NCBI RefSeq assembly: GCF_001306055.1
Contig: NZ_LGHJ01000023.1
Location: 30,001 to 62,000 of the forward strand
Reading direction: 5' to 3'
Length of the DNA: 32,000 nucleotides
DNA from: Bellilinea caldifistulae
GTDB taxonomy: Bacteria > Chloroflexota > Anaerolineae > Anaerolineales > Anaerolineaceae
Shown here: in pieces, positions 16,665 to 23,960 of the stretch
Position numbering within the stretch: position 1 is the stretch's first letter
Layout of the letters: each line of letters starts with the position of its first letter
Notes under the pieces: model-generated
Databases searched by the model: none
What the model was told of the DNA's origin: nothing
Seen by the model: the letters and a program-made list of their open reading frames with translations, nothing else
Translations under genes and position numbers: made by a program

Positions 16665-19148
16665 TTAGGGATTGTTCCCCGACCAGCCCAGAAACCAATA
16701 CCAGAGAACGTCTGATGCCGGTTTACCGTGAATTGAGGACGAAGCATCTTGAATGGCTGCAGGTGGATAAAAACCTTGCGATACAACGCCGTCAATCCAC
16801 GAGCGTTCGTTGATCGCGGAAAGTAAGGCACTGTAACTATCTGCTTGAAGTTGTAGGTCGGGGGTAAATTGTTCGGTTGGAGAAAGAGGCGGGAAAAATG
16901 TTTCCAAGGTCAGGCAGTTTTCGTTGTTGCAGATCGAGGAATCTGTTATAGCAGAGGGTAAATTTATGGCTACAACGATAGGTTTTCCGGTGGACTCTCG
17001 AATTGGAAGCAAAATCGTGTCGAGGTAATCTTCCACCTGGCTGAGTCGGTCATCTTGGGGCGTTGAAGAGGAATACAATGAGGGGATTACAAGTTGGACA
17101 TAAAGAAAATCCATCCGCTCAACAACCCATTCAGGGATTGTTGGACTTTTGTCGGTGATCTGAATACTCCAACCCAATTTTCCGTTATAACGCTGGCGAA
17201 CGTTTTCGACAATGGATTGCCATCGTTCATCGGCAAAGTCCGGCACACCTGAGGCCTCACCGCTTGGAAGAACTCCGGCTGGGAGGGCAGGTGCCACCTG
17301 TGGACCTCCTAAAATGAGAGCCGGTGTGCTGGTTTGGGCAGCCAGATCTGCAAAATGGATCGCAAAGGTATGATAGCGTTCAAACCAATTTTCCCACCAG
17401 GCTTTTTCCAAATGTGGTTCAGACCAAACTTCGCTACCGTTGCGAAGGTGGGGGTACAACCATGCGGTCATATTGGCTTGCTGGATGGTTTGAATTGCCT
17501 GTATATTATCAAGCCACAGGGAGTCCTTGCCGGCCACGGGTTCAAAATTGGGTGTGCCAACATTTACGTAAGACCACCCCGGCGTTAGGACGGTCGTATT
17601 GGCTTTTAATAAACTGATTTTATTCATCCCCCAAAATAAATAAGGTTGCCAGGTGGGGTTGTAATTGGGGCTTATTTCGATCCCTCGAACAAAGTCATTA
17701 AGACGGGATTGGGGAGTAGGAGCAACAATTTCAGTGGAACTTGAAGTGGTATTCCAGTTTGACCAGGCTTTTATTTCGTCCCGGCGAATTTGGGATTCGC
17801 TGCTGACGACCAAGGGATATCCTTCTGCTTGTGTGCCAGCAGTGGCCAAATCATCTGCATGACCACACTGGTCATTCCGGCAGTAACGATATTGTAATGA
17901 ATTGAACATATTCAATGGGCTATAAAGGACATATAGCCATTGATTATTTCCCAATGGCCACATTGGGAGTGGATTTGTCCATGTATATGGATTGAATTGG
18001 ATGGAAACGCTATCTTCAAGAGGTGTGTTATTGGGGGCACTGACCAAAAAGGTGATTGGTTGTGTATTGACCGATTGCCATGAAGTGACTTGATCCGTAA
18101 TTGTGGTATCGTTTTGCGGCACAATCAGTTGCCTGAGGACAAATCCTCCACTTTGATCGTGTTCTGCATTCCAAAAACCATCGCCCAAGGTGTATTTGTA
18201 GCGCAAATCAAAGCCGGCTGGTAACCGCAGGGTTATGGCATACGCATTTTCGGCGACATTGGTCAGCAGGGGTGCGCGGGCAGCAATGACGCTAAATCCA
18301 CCGTTGACCTCGGCGAAAGTGTTGCCAAGCGAATAAATATTTCCCACCATTCTTACCGGTACACCTTGTAAATTCGTTGGTGGAGTCTGAACGATAAAAG
18401 TCACATTGACAAAGCGCGAGGGGGTTAGCGGAGTAAGAGCAAGTGTAGTTGAATCTGCGGCAACTACAGCCCCTTGCTGAAAGGTTTGAAAACTTCCATC
18501 TATGCTATAAACCACTAAATTATGAATGCCCTCGGCAATGTTCTCGACGATGAAAGATCCATCACTGGCAGTGAGTGTTTGAATGCCACCAACGCAAACC
18601 AGAGCATTTGGAAATGGCGCTTTGGTGCTGGCATCAAAAACCTGTCCTTTGATTGTACCGGTCAAGCCATTGAACCGAAAATCAGTCCAACCAGCAATCG
18701 TGTCCTCAACGAATAGGGGGTAATTTACCGCTGCCATGCGATAGCGAACCTGTTCGCCATGAGCGTTGTATTCAACAAAATAAGGAAAATCTCCTCTTAA
18801 GTATCGGTACTTTACCACCGAACCGATCGGAAAAATCAATTCCAGTTGGAAGGACCCGTCCGAATTTTCGATCATCGGATAGCGCTGAGGATTCATTGCC
18901 AGACCGGTCACTTCATCGAGAATTTCGAGGGTAATGTTCCCTTTTGGGGCGTTGGCAGGAGGTTTTGCTCGAAAAGTGACTTTGGTATAACTCAGGTCCG
19001 GCTGATCACTGGTAATCGGAGAGGGTGCTGTTGGAGAAGAATTGAACCAGGAGGAAAAATCTAATGAACAGGCGCTGAGGAAGAAAGTCAGACCAATCAG
19101 GATAATTAAGGTGTTATGAAAAATCCCTATTTTGTGTGTCATTTTCAT
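16665..19148 (-). CDS. Secreted lipoprotein with three CBM20-like beta-sandwich modules, a CarboxypepD_reg-like domain and an unassigned ~400-aa C-terminal domain
   Basis: Signal peptide with lipobox (LTFFLSAC). The segment GTIKGQVFDASTKAPFPNALVCVGG...SDGSFIVENIAEGIHNLVV is carboxypeptidase-regulatory-like. A module ending in [VLQ]xY[RK]Y recurs three times (VKYRY about aa 113, LRYKY about aa 316, LQYRY about aa 419). Confidence 0.7.
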   Translation of the reverse strand: MKMTHKIGIFHNTLIILIGLTFFLSACSLDFSSWFNSSPTAPSPITSDQPDLSYTKVTFRAKPPANAPKGNITLEILDEVTGLAMNPQRYPMIENSDGSFQLELIFPIGSVVKYRYLRGDFPYFVEYNAHGEQVRYRMAAVNYPLFVEDTIAGWTDFRFNGLTGTIKGQVFDASTKAPFPNALVCVGGIQTLTASDGSFIVENIAEGIHNLVVYSIDGSFQTFQQGAVVAADSTTLALTPLTPSRFVNVTFIVQTPPTNLQGVPVRMVGNIYSLGNTFAEVNGGFSVIAARAPLLTNVAENAYAITLRLPAGFDLRYKYTLGDGFWNAEHDQSGGFVLRQLIVPQNDTTITDQVTSWQSVNTQPITFLVSAPNNTPLEDSVSIQFNPYTWTNPLPMWPLGNNQWLYVLYSPLNMFNSLQYRYCRNDQCGHADDLATAGTQAEGYPLVVSSESQIRRDEIKAWSNWNTTSSSTEIVAPTPQSRLNDFVRGIEISPNYNPTWQPYLFWGMNKISLLKANTTVLTPGWSYVNVGTPNFEPVAGKDSLWLDNIQAIQTIQQANMTAWLYPHLRNGSEVWSEPHLEKAWWENWFERYHTFAIHFADLAAQTSTPALILGGPQVAPALPAGVLPSGEASGVPDFADERWQSIVENVRQRYNGKLGWSIQITDKSPTIPEWVVERMDFLYVQLVIPSLYSSSTPQDDRLSQVEDYLDTILLPIRESTGKPIVVAINLPSAITDSSICNNENCLTLETFFPPLSPTEQFTPDLQLQADSYSALLSAINERSWIDGVVSQGFYPPAAIQDASSSIHGKPASDVLWYWFLGWSGNNP

Positions 19149-19171
19149 GGCATTTCCTCAGCGTTTAGGTT

Positions 19172-19224
19172 AAAAGATGAAAAACAGAAACCGCTCGCGA
19201 GAATTAATTCTGGTGAGCGGTTTT
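19172..19224 (-). terminator. Rho-independent terminator after nusB
   Basis: The minus strand reads AAACCGCTCaccAGAATTAATTCTcgcGAGCGGTTT followed by CTGTTTTTCATCTTTT. This gives a 9-bp outer stem, an inner palindrome (AGAATT/AATTCT) and a T-rich tail. The left arm overlaps the nusB stop at 19204-19206. Confidence 0.7.
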
Positions 19225-19671
19225 CCCGTCCTCTGGTGAGGTGACTTTTTTGAATTTTTGCCTGATTTCTTGCTGACGGTTGGCAAGGCTGCCTAATACG
19301 CCGTTGACAAAGCGTGGAGTGCTGTCCGCCCCAAAGATTTTTGCCAGCTCAATGGCTTCGTTTATGGCAACCTTTACTGGTGTGCACCCTTCGACGGCAA
19401 ATTCCCACAAGGCAATCCGCAAAATATTCCGGTCAATGACAGCCACCTGATCTAATGGCCATTCGGGGGCGTGCTGGGCGATGAAATCATCTAATTGACG
19501 AGTGATTGGAAAAACCCCATTGATGATATCGTAGGCAAATTTCACCAGATTCGTATCCAGTGTTTCGTCTTTAAGGCGCTCTTCCATGGCAGCCTGAGGA
19601 GAATGATTGGTCAGGTCGCATTCATAAAGCACCTGCAAGGCTAAGCTTCTTGCCTTGGTTCGGGGTTTCAT
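19204..19671 (-). CDS. nusB: Transcription antitermination factor NusB
   Basis: The N-terminus RTKARSLALQVLYECDL is typical, followed by DRNILRIALWEF and INEAIELAKIFG...FVNGVLG. Confidence 0.95.
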   Translation of the reverse strand: MKPRTKARSLALQVLYECDLTNHSPQAAMEERLKDETLDTNLVKFAYDIINGVFPITRQLDDFIAQHAPEWPLDQVAVIDRNILRIALWEFAVEGCTPVKVAINEAIELAKIFGADSTPRFVNGVLGSLANRQQEIRQKFKKVTSPEDGKTAHQN

Positions 19672-19716
19672 AACACCTTCGTTGTTAATTTTCCAAATTC
19701 AACAGGTTTTCCGACA

Positions 19717-20070
19717 TTAATTGGCGGTTACGCCGGTTTCTACATCTTCAACATGGACGTTAACTCGCCCAACTTCCATGCCGACCAATTCGGAAACGGC
19801 CCGGGCTACCTGTTGCTGAATTGCCCGGCACACCTCGCGAACCTTTACATCACGGTTGAGAATGACATAAAGGTCAATATAGACGTGGTCGTTTTCAACA
19901 GTAATCTTTATCCCTTCGCTCATTCCGCGGCTGAAAAAACGCTCGACTTCCGAGGGAATGGTTGCCAACCGATTAACACCGGGTACGCCGAGGGCTGTCA
20001 GACGCGCCACGGAAACAAGCACTTCGGGGGCGATGGTGGTTTTGCCGGGTGGGCGGGAATTTTCGGTCAT
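19717..20070 (-). CDS. Asp23/Gls24-family alkaline shock protein
   Basis: 117 aa. Family-typical segments are TTIAPEVLVSVARLTALGVPGV and VNVHVEDV. A GGAGG RBS is present. The asp23-nusB pairing matches the yqhY-nusB arrangement in Bacillus. Confidence 0.9.
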   Translation of the reverse strand: MTENSRPPGKTTIAPEVLVSVARLTALGVPGVNRLATIPSEVERFFSRGMSEGIKITVENDHVYIDLYVILNRDVKVREVCRAIQQQVARAVSELVGMEVGRVNVHVEDVETGVTAN

Positions 20071-20117
20071 TCATCCTCCGCTAAAATGCTGGATTATTGT
20101 TATCGCGCTCATATACA

Positions 20118-20123
20118 ATTATA
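20118..20123 (-). promoter_or_regulatory. Candidate -10 hexamer (TATAAT on the minus strand) for asp23-nusB
   Basis: The minus strand reads GGTTATAATTG about 45 nt upstream of the asp23 ATG at 20070. It sits in a 160-nt AT-rich intergenic region, with TTGACA and TTGAAT -35-like hexamers further upstream at non-ideal spacing. Confidence 0.3.
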
Positions 20124-20230
20124 ACCCTTTCCACAAATAATCCATTCAAAATAAATTTTCAATTTCAAATCGGATTGTCAAAAAGGAATTTTATCGCAAG
20201 CAGGATATTTGGCTTCCTGTTTGATCCTCT

Positions 20231-21004
20231 TCAATTCAGCAGGTTCTGGATAAACTCCACAGTCTTGGACTTAACAAAATCTAATTCGCGGTCCAAAACG
20301 ACACAATGGCCGCTGTTTTCCAACCAGACCAAGGATTTGTTCCTGGAAGGTAATTTTTCGTACAGCAATCGAGAACCTGAAGGATTGATCGTGCGGTCTT
20401 TTTTGCCTTGAAAAATCAAAACCGGTTGATAAACATGATGAATTTGCCTGAGAACTTCTTTTTGTAATTTTTCTAACTGAGCCACAGCGGCTAAAGCGAC
20501 GACGTTATAGCCTTGCCATGGGAGGGTATCGGTTTCGGCTTGATTTTCATCCTCGTCGGGCAGATAATTTTTTGGCATGATTTTTACAAACGGAGCCAAC
20601 CATTTTGCCCGCCAGATCCCATTAATTTTGATAGCGGGCGCATAAAGGATAACCCCCTTAAGCGAGCGATGATTGGCAGCCAGGAGTAGCGAGAGCAATC
20701 CGCCCATTGATTCGCCCGCTACAAAAACATTGGGGGTATGACTCAGCTTTTCCAACCCTTTACGAGCCGTTTCGTACCAATCCTGCCAGCGGATTGAAAT
20801 CATGTCTTCCGGTCGCGTACCATGTCCGGGCAGAAGGGGACAAAATACCGAGTATCCTTGCGAATTGAGATGTTCGGCGAGGGGGCGTACTTCTACCGTC
20901 GTTGCGGTAAAGCCATGCAACAACAGGACTCCGACCGGCTGCGTGCCTTGAAGAAGGAAGGATGAACCATCCAGGTGAGGATTTTCAAAAATGGGTCGCT
21001 TCAT
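20231..21004 (-). CDS. Alpha/beta-hydrolase carboxylesterase (Est30/monoacylglycerol-lipase-like)
   Basis: 257 aa. Oxyanion LLHGFT, nucleophile elbow GESMGG, and a C-terminal His context NSGHCVVLD. Confidence 0.85.
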   Translation of the reverse strand: MKRPIFENPHLDGSSFLLQGTQPVGVLLLHGFTATTVEVRPLAEHLNSQGYSVFCPLLPGHGTRPEDMISIRWQDWYETARKGLEKLSHTPNVFVAGESMGGLLSLLLAANHRSLKGVILYAPAIKINGIWRAKWLAPFVKIMPKNYLPDEDENQAETDTLPWQGYNVVALAAVAQLEKLQKEVLRQIHHVYQPVLIFQGKKDRTINPSGSRLLYEKLPSRNKSLVWLENSGHCVVLDRELDFVKSKTVEFIQNLLN

Positions 21005-21012
21005 GGGCTTAG

Positions 21013-22278
21013 TTAACGGCTTTGAAATTTGGGTAGCAGGGCTGTTGCATGGGGTAAAATGACAGCGCTGAACTTTTCCGGCAGCAGATTCTGGGCAATT
21101 TCTATAGCCTGTTCAATGGAATTTGCCGGAGTAATGAAAAACTTACGCACGAGTTCATGAGGCATCTCAGAAACCAGGATGAGATGATTCCGTTTTACCT
21201 GAAGGGCAATTTGATAGGCTTTGTGAGCTCCAATCTGAAAGTCCATTTGCTGAAATTTGAATATGACTTCATCCGGTGTTGTCATTGGGGCAATGAAATC
21301 AAGCGCCTTTTGACTGCCAATTCCTTCGGGGCATGCCGCAGCCAGGATAATCACCCCGCCAGGGCGGGCGAAAAGAGCAGCATGGGTGATGGCTTTCTGT
21401 GCCTGATATAAATTGATGTCCTTAGGATGACCACCGGGTGAGGCAATCACCAAATCGTAGGGCTGAGAAACGGCGACTTTCCATAAATCATCGGATATAG
21501 AGATCCCTTTCTCCATAACGGCACGGGGTGTTCCAAACAAAGCAGCCAGAATTTGACGATTGGCGTTAAGGATGACGTTCAGAGCAAGGTGAATCCCCAT
21601 CAAACTACCGATTTCTTCCACATCTTGTCGCATGGGGTTGTTGTCATATTCACCCAAAAAGGCAAGTGGGTCATTTAACATGGCATGATTGTGATTGATG
21701 GTTTGGCGGCCAGCCAAACCAATGGCTGCACTCTTGACACCTCCAGAGTAGCCCATGAAATGGTGGGGTTCAATATTTCCTGTCACGATCCGTAGATCAG
21801 CCTGGTGAAAGCGTTTATTGACCCAAACAGGAGTTCCACGCCGCGTATTACCTAAAAAAACCAGGTCTCGCCGGTCATCACAGTCGTGGGAGAAAATCCG
21901 AATTTTCTTCCGGTCTAAAACAATGGCTGGAAGGATGGTTTGGACTTCCTCAATCGTTGCTGGAGTGTGAGTGCCCGTTGCGACAAATAATTCAATATGC
22001 TCATCCGGAATGCCGTGTTCATTCAGCCAATCCAGTAATGGGGGGAGAATAAAGTTGTATGGCACGGGCCGGGTTTTATCGTTGATGCTGATGGCAACTC
22101 TTTCAGGAAAATTCGGCCATTCAAGCAGAGGATTTCCCAACGGATTTTGCAAAGCCCGTATTACAACAGAAAGAGGCTGCGTGGCGGGAGGATAATCTTT
22201 TGGCTCGTAATGGTCAAAAGAAAAGGCTAAATGGAGGGGTATATTGATCTTCCCAAAGGGAATTTGCGTGAGTGACAT
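21013..22278 (-). CDS. larA: LarA-family nickel-pincer (NPN)-dependent 2-hydroxyacid racemase/epimerase homologue
   Basis: 421 aa. LarA landmark residues appear conserved: INDKTRP (Asp/Arg), ATGTHTP (His), EPHHFMGYSGGVKS (His pair plus NPN-tethering Lys) and INHNHAM (Ni-ligand His). Confidence 0.85.
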   Translation of the reverse strand: MSLTQIPFGKINIPLHLAFSFDHYEPKDYPPATQPLSVVIRALQNPLGNPLLEWPNFPERVAISINDKTRPVPYNFILPPLLDWLNEHGIPDEHIELFVATGTHTPATIEEVQTILPAIVLDRKKIRIFSHDCDDRRDLVFLGNTRRGTPVWVNKRFHQADLRIVTGNIEPHHFMGYSGGVKSAAIGLAGRQTINHNHAMLNDPLAFLGEYDNNPMRQDVEEIGSLMGIHLALNVILNANRQILAALFGTPRAVMEKGISISDDLWKVAVSQPYDLVIASPGGHPKDINLYQAQKAITHAALFARPGGVIILAAACPEGIGSQKALDFIAPMTTPDEVIFKFQQMDFQIGAHKAYQIALQVKRNHLILVSEMPHELVRKFFITPANSIEQAIEIAQNLLPEKFSAVILPHATALLPKFQSR

Positions 22279-22283
22279 ATTAA

Positions 22284-22655
22284 TTAGCCAGGAAGAGGGT
22301 CATCAAAGCGCTGGATTTCGATTCGATATCCATTTGGATCAAACACAAAGGCCTGATAGATGGCGTATTTCAAATTGTACGTTGGTGGTTTTTCAACCTG
22401 TGCACCAGCTTTGACCAGTTTTTTGAACCACTCATCTACTTCATCGGTTATCAAAGTCAAAATGATGGATTTTGCGGGGGATGGTAATTCTGGGCGAGAA
22501 CAGAAGCCGATCAATCCGGCAGGAGAAACGCGGAAGATTTTACAATCACCCTGATCCCTTACCAGGGGTAGTTCTAAAACATTCTGGTAAAAATTAGTGG
22601 TGGTTTGAAGATCTTTGGAAGGCAAGAAAGTTATCAACTGTTCAAAAGATTTCAT
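22284..22655 (-). CDS. VOC-family (glyoxalase/bleomycin-resistance/dioxygenase fold) protein
   Basis: Start chosen at ATG 22655 (MKSFEQLITFLPSKDL...), 5 nt after the upstream stop. The 123-aa product has the typical single VOC fold length and C-terminal FVFDPNGYRIEI. The longer ORF-track version (to 22928) overlaps the VIT1 gene out of frame. Confidence 0.8.
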   Translation of the reverse strand: MKSFEQLITFLPSKDLQTTTNFYQNVLELPLVRDQGDCKIFRVSPAGLIGFCSRPELPSPAKSIILTLITDEVDEWFKKLVKAGAQVEKPPTYNLKYAIYQAFVFDPNGYRIEIQRFDDPLPG

Positions 22656-22660
22656 GACCT

Positions 22661-23776
22661 TTATCCGGTAATACTGATGCCGATCAATCTGCCAATACCA
22701 AAGGTGATTGCGGCTGCCAGCATTCCAAAAATCACCATTCTGGTACCAGAATACCAGATTGAACGGCCGGTAAATAAAGTGATTGCTGCGCCGAGCAAGA
22801 ACAGGCCAATTACGCTGAATAAAATGCTGAAAAGCAGGGCAGATGTACCGCCAAGAAAGGTGTAAGGGATTACGGGGATTACAGCGCCAACCGCAAACAG
22901 GATAAATGAGGTTATGGCTGCTTCCCACGCAGAACCGCCCAATTCTTCTGGGTCAATCCCCAATTCTTCACGGGCAAGGGTATCTAATGCTCCGTCTTTA
23001 TTTTGCATAATTTTTAAAGCCATCTGGGTTGCCTGTTCCGATGGTATTCCCCGGGCTTCATAAATTAAAGCCAATTCTTCGGCTTCCTCTTCGGGTGCCT
23101 GTTCAATTTCACCTTCTTCAATTTTGATTTGATTAGCGTAAAGTTCGCGGGAGGATTGAACAGAAAGCCACTCGCCCAGGGCCATTGAAAAGGCACCAGC
23201 TAACAGACCAGCGATTCCGGCTACCAGAATCGAGCGGTTATCCATGGTTGCTCCGGCAACCCCCATGACCAGGCTAAGGTTACTGACAAGTCCATCATTT
23301 GCGCCTAGTACTGCCGCCCGTAAAGCGTTGCCGCCCGTTGAACGGTGGCGGCCTTCCAATTGGGCTAGAGCGCTACCTTCCATACCCCCGCGAACAGTTC
23401 TCTTAATTTGGGCTAGAACCAGCGAATGAGTTTGTTCGTCCTTTGCCATTTGCTTATCGGCATCAACTTTAAGATAAGCGGAGCTGCCATCCTTTTCCAT
23501 CGCCTGAAGGCTCGGTAGGATCATTTCGGGACCGAACCGTTTGGCCAACCAGATGATCAGGCGAACACGGATGGATGGTTTAAAGGGAGGTGGTTGAATT
23601 CCCTCTGCTTGTAATCTTTCTTCCCAGTTTTTAGCGTGTTTGCGTTCAACCGCTGCCATCTTCTCGTAAACTTTACGGATGCGTTCATCCTTTTCGATAC
23701 TGGCGAGCGATTCATATATTGCGGCGCTGCTTAGTTCATCTTGTCGAAATTCAAGAAAGGTTTTGATATCGGTCAT
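22661..23776 (-). CDS. VIT1/CCC1-family Fe/Mn transporter with N-terminal ferritin-like (rubrerythrin-like) domain
   Basis: The N-terminal domain has diiron-type motifs (ELSSAAIYESLA...ERKH, ...DEQTH). The membrane domain has GANDGLVSNLSLVMGVAGA and five hydrophobic segments. Confidence 0.9.
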   Translation of the reverse strand: MTDIKTFLEFRQDELSSAAIYESLASIEKDERIRKVYEKMAAVERKHAKNWEERLQAEGIQPPPFKPSIRVRLIIWLAKRFGPEMILPSLQAMEKDGSSAYLKVDADKQMAKDEQTHSLVLAQIKRTVRGGMEGSALAQLEGRHRSTGGNALRAAVLGANDGLVSNLSLVMGVAGATMDNRSILVAGIAGLLAGAFSMALGEWLSVQSSRELYANQIKIEEGEIEQAPEEEAEELALIYEARGIPSEQATQMALKIMQNKDGALDTLAREELGIDPEELGGSAWEAAITSFILFAVGAVIPVIPYTFLGGTSALLFSILFSVIGLFLLGAAITLFTGRSIWYSGTRMVIFGMLAAAITFGIGRLIGISITG

Positions 23777-23895
23777 AACTCCCTCGTCTCTAGTCTATTC
23801 AATTTTACTCTTTCTTTTCTGGAATCGTGAAAATCGTTCTCGTGATGGGCTTGTGTAATTTCCAATGTCTTGTAAAATATTAATATCTTCATTCT

Positions 23896-23931
23896 GAAAA
23901 AGGTGATCGGGGATTTATCGCCTTTTTCTTT
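23896..23931 (+). promoter_or_regulatory. Terminator-like hairpin in the 5' leader of the HD-GYP gene
   Basis: Sequence is AAAAAGGTGAT-cggggattt-ATCGCCTTTTT followed by CTTT. It forms an 11-bp stem including one G-U pair and a 9-nt loop, with flanking A and T tracts, ending 30 nt before the ATG at 23961. Confidence 0.3.
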
Positions 23932-23960
23932 CGTAATTACTTTTATGATTATTTTTTCAG

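Noticed and set aside
20131-20230. AT-rich stretch with TTCAAA/TTTCAA repeats and a weak CAGGA...TCCTG hairpin between the esterase and asp23 genes, considered as an sRNA or terminator
   Set aside because: The stem is only 5-7 bp with no convincing T-tract. The repeats look like an ordinary AT-rich promoter or UP-element region.
22656-22928. N-terminal 91-codon extension of the VOC ORF (ORF track 22284..22928)
   Set aside because: The extension overlaps the 3' end of the VIT1 gene in another frame and has an odd W/R/N-rich composition. The internal ATG at 22655 gives a canonical ~123-aa VOC protein starting 5 nt after the VIT1 stop.
23845-23883. 12-codon uORF (MGLCNFQCLVKY) in the leader region of the HD-GYP gene
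   Set aside because: It has no Shine-Dalgarno-like sequence upstream and no codon pattern typical of attenuation leader peptides. It is too short to support without conservation data.
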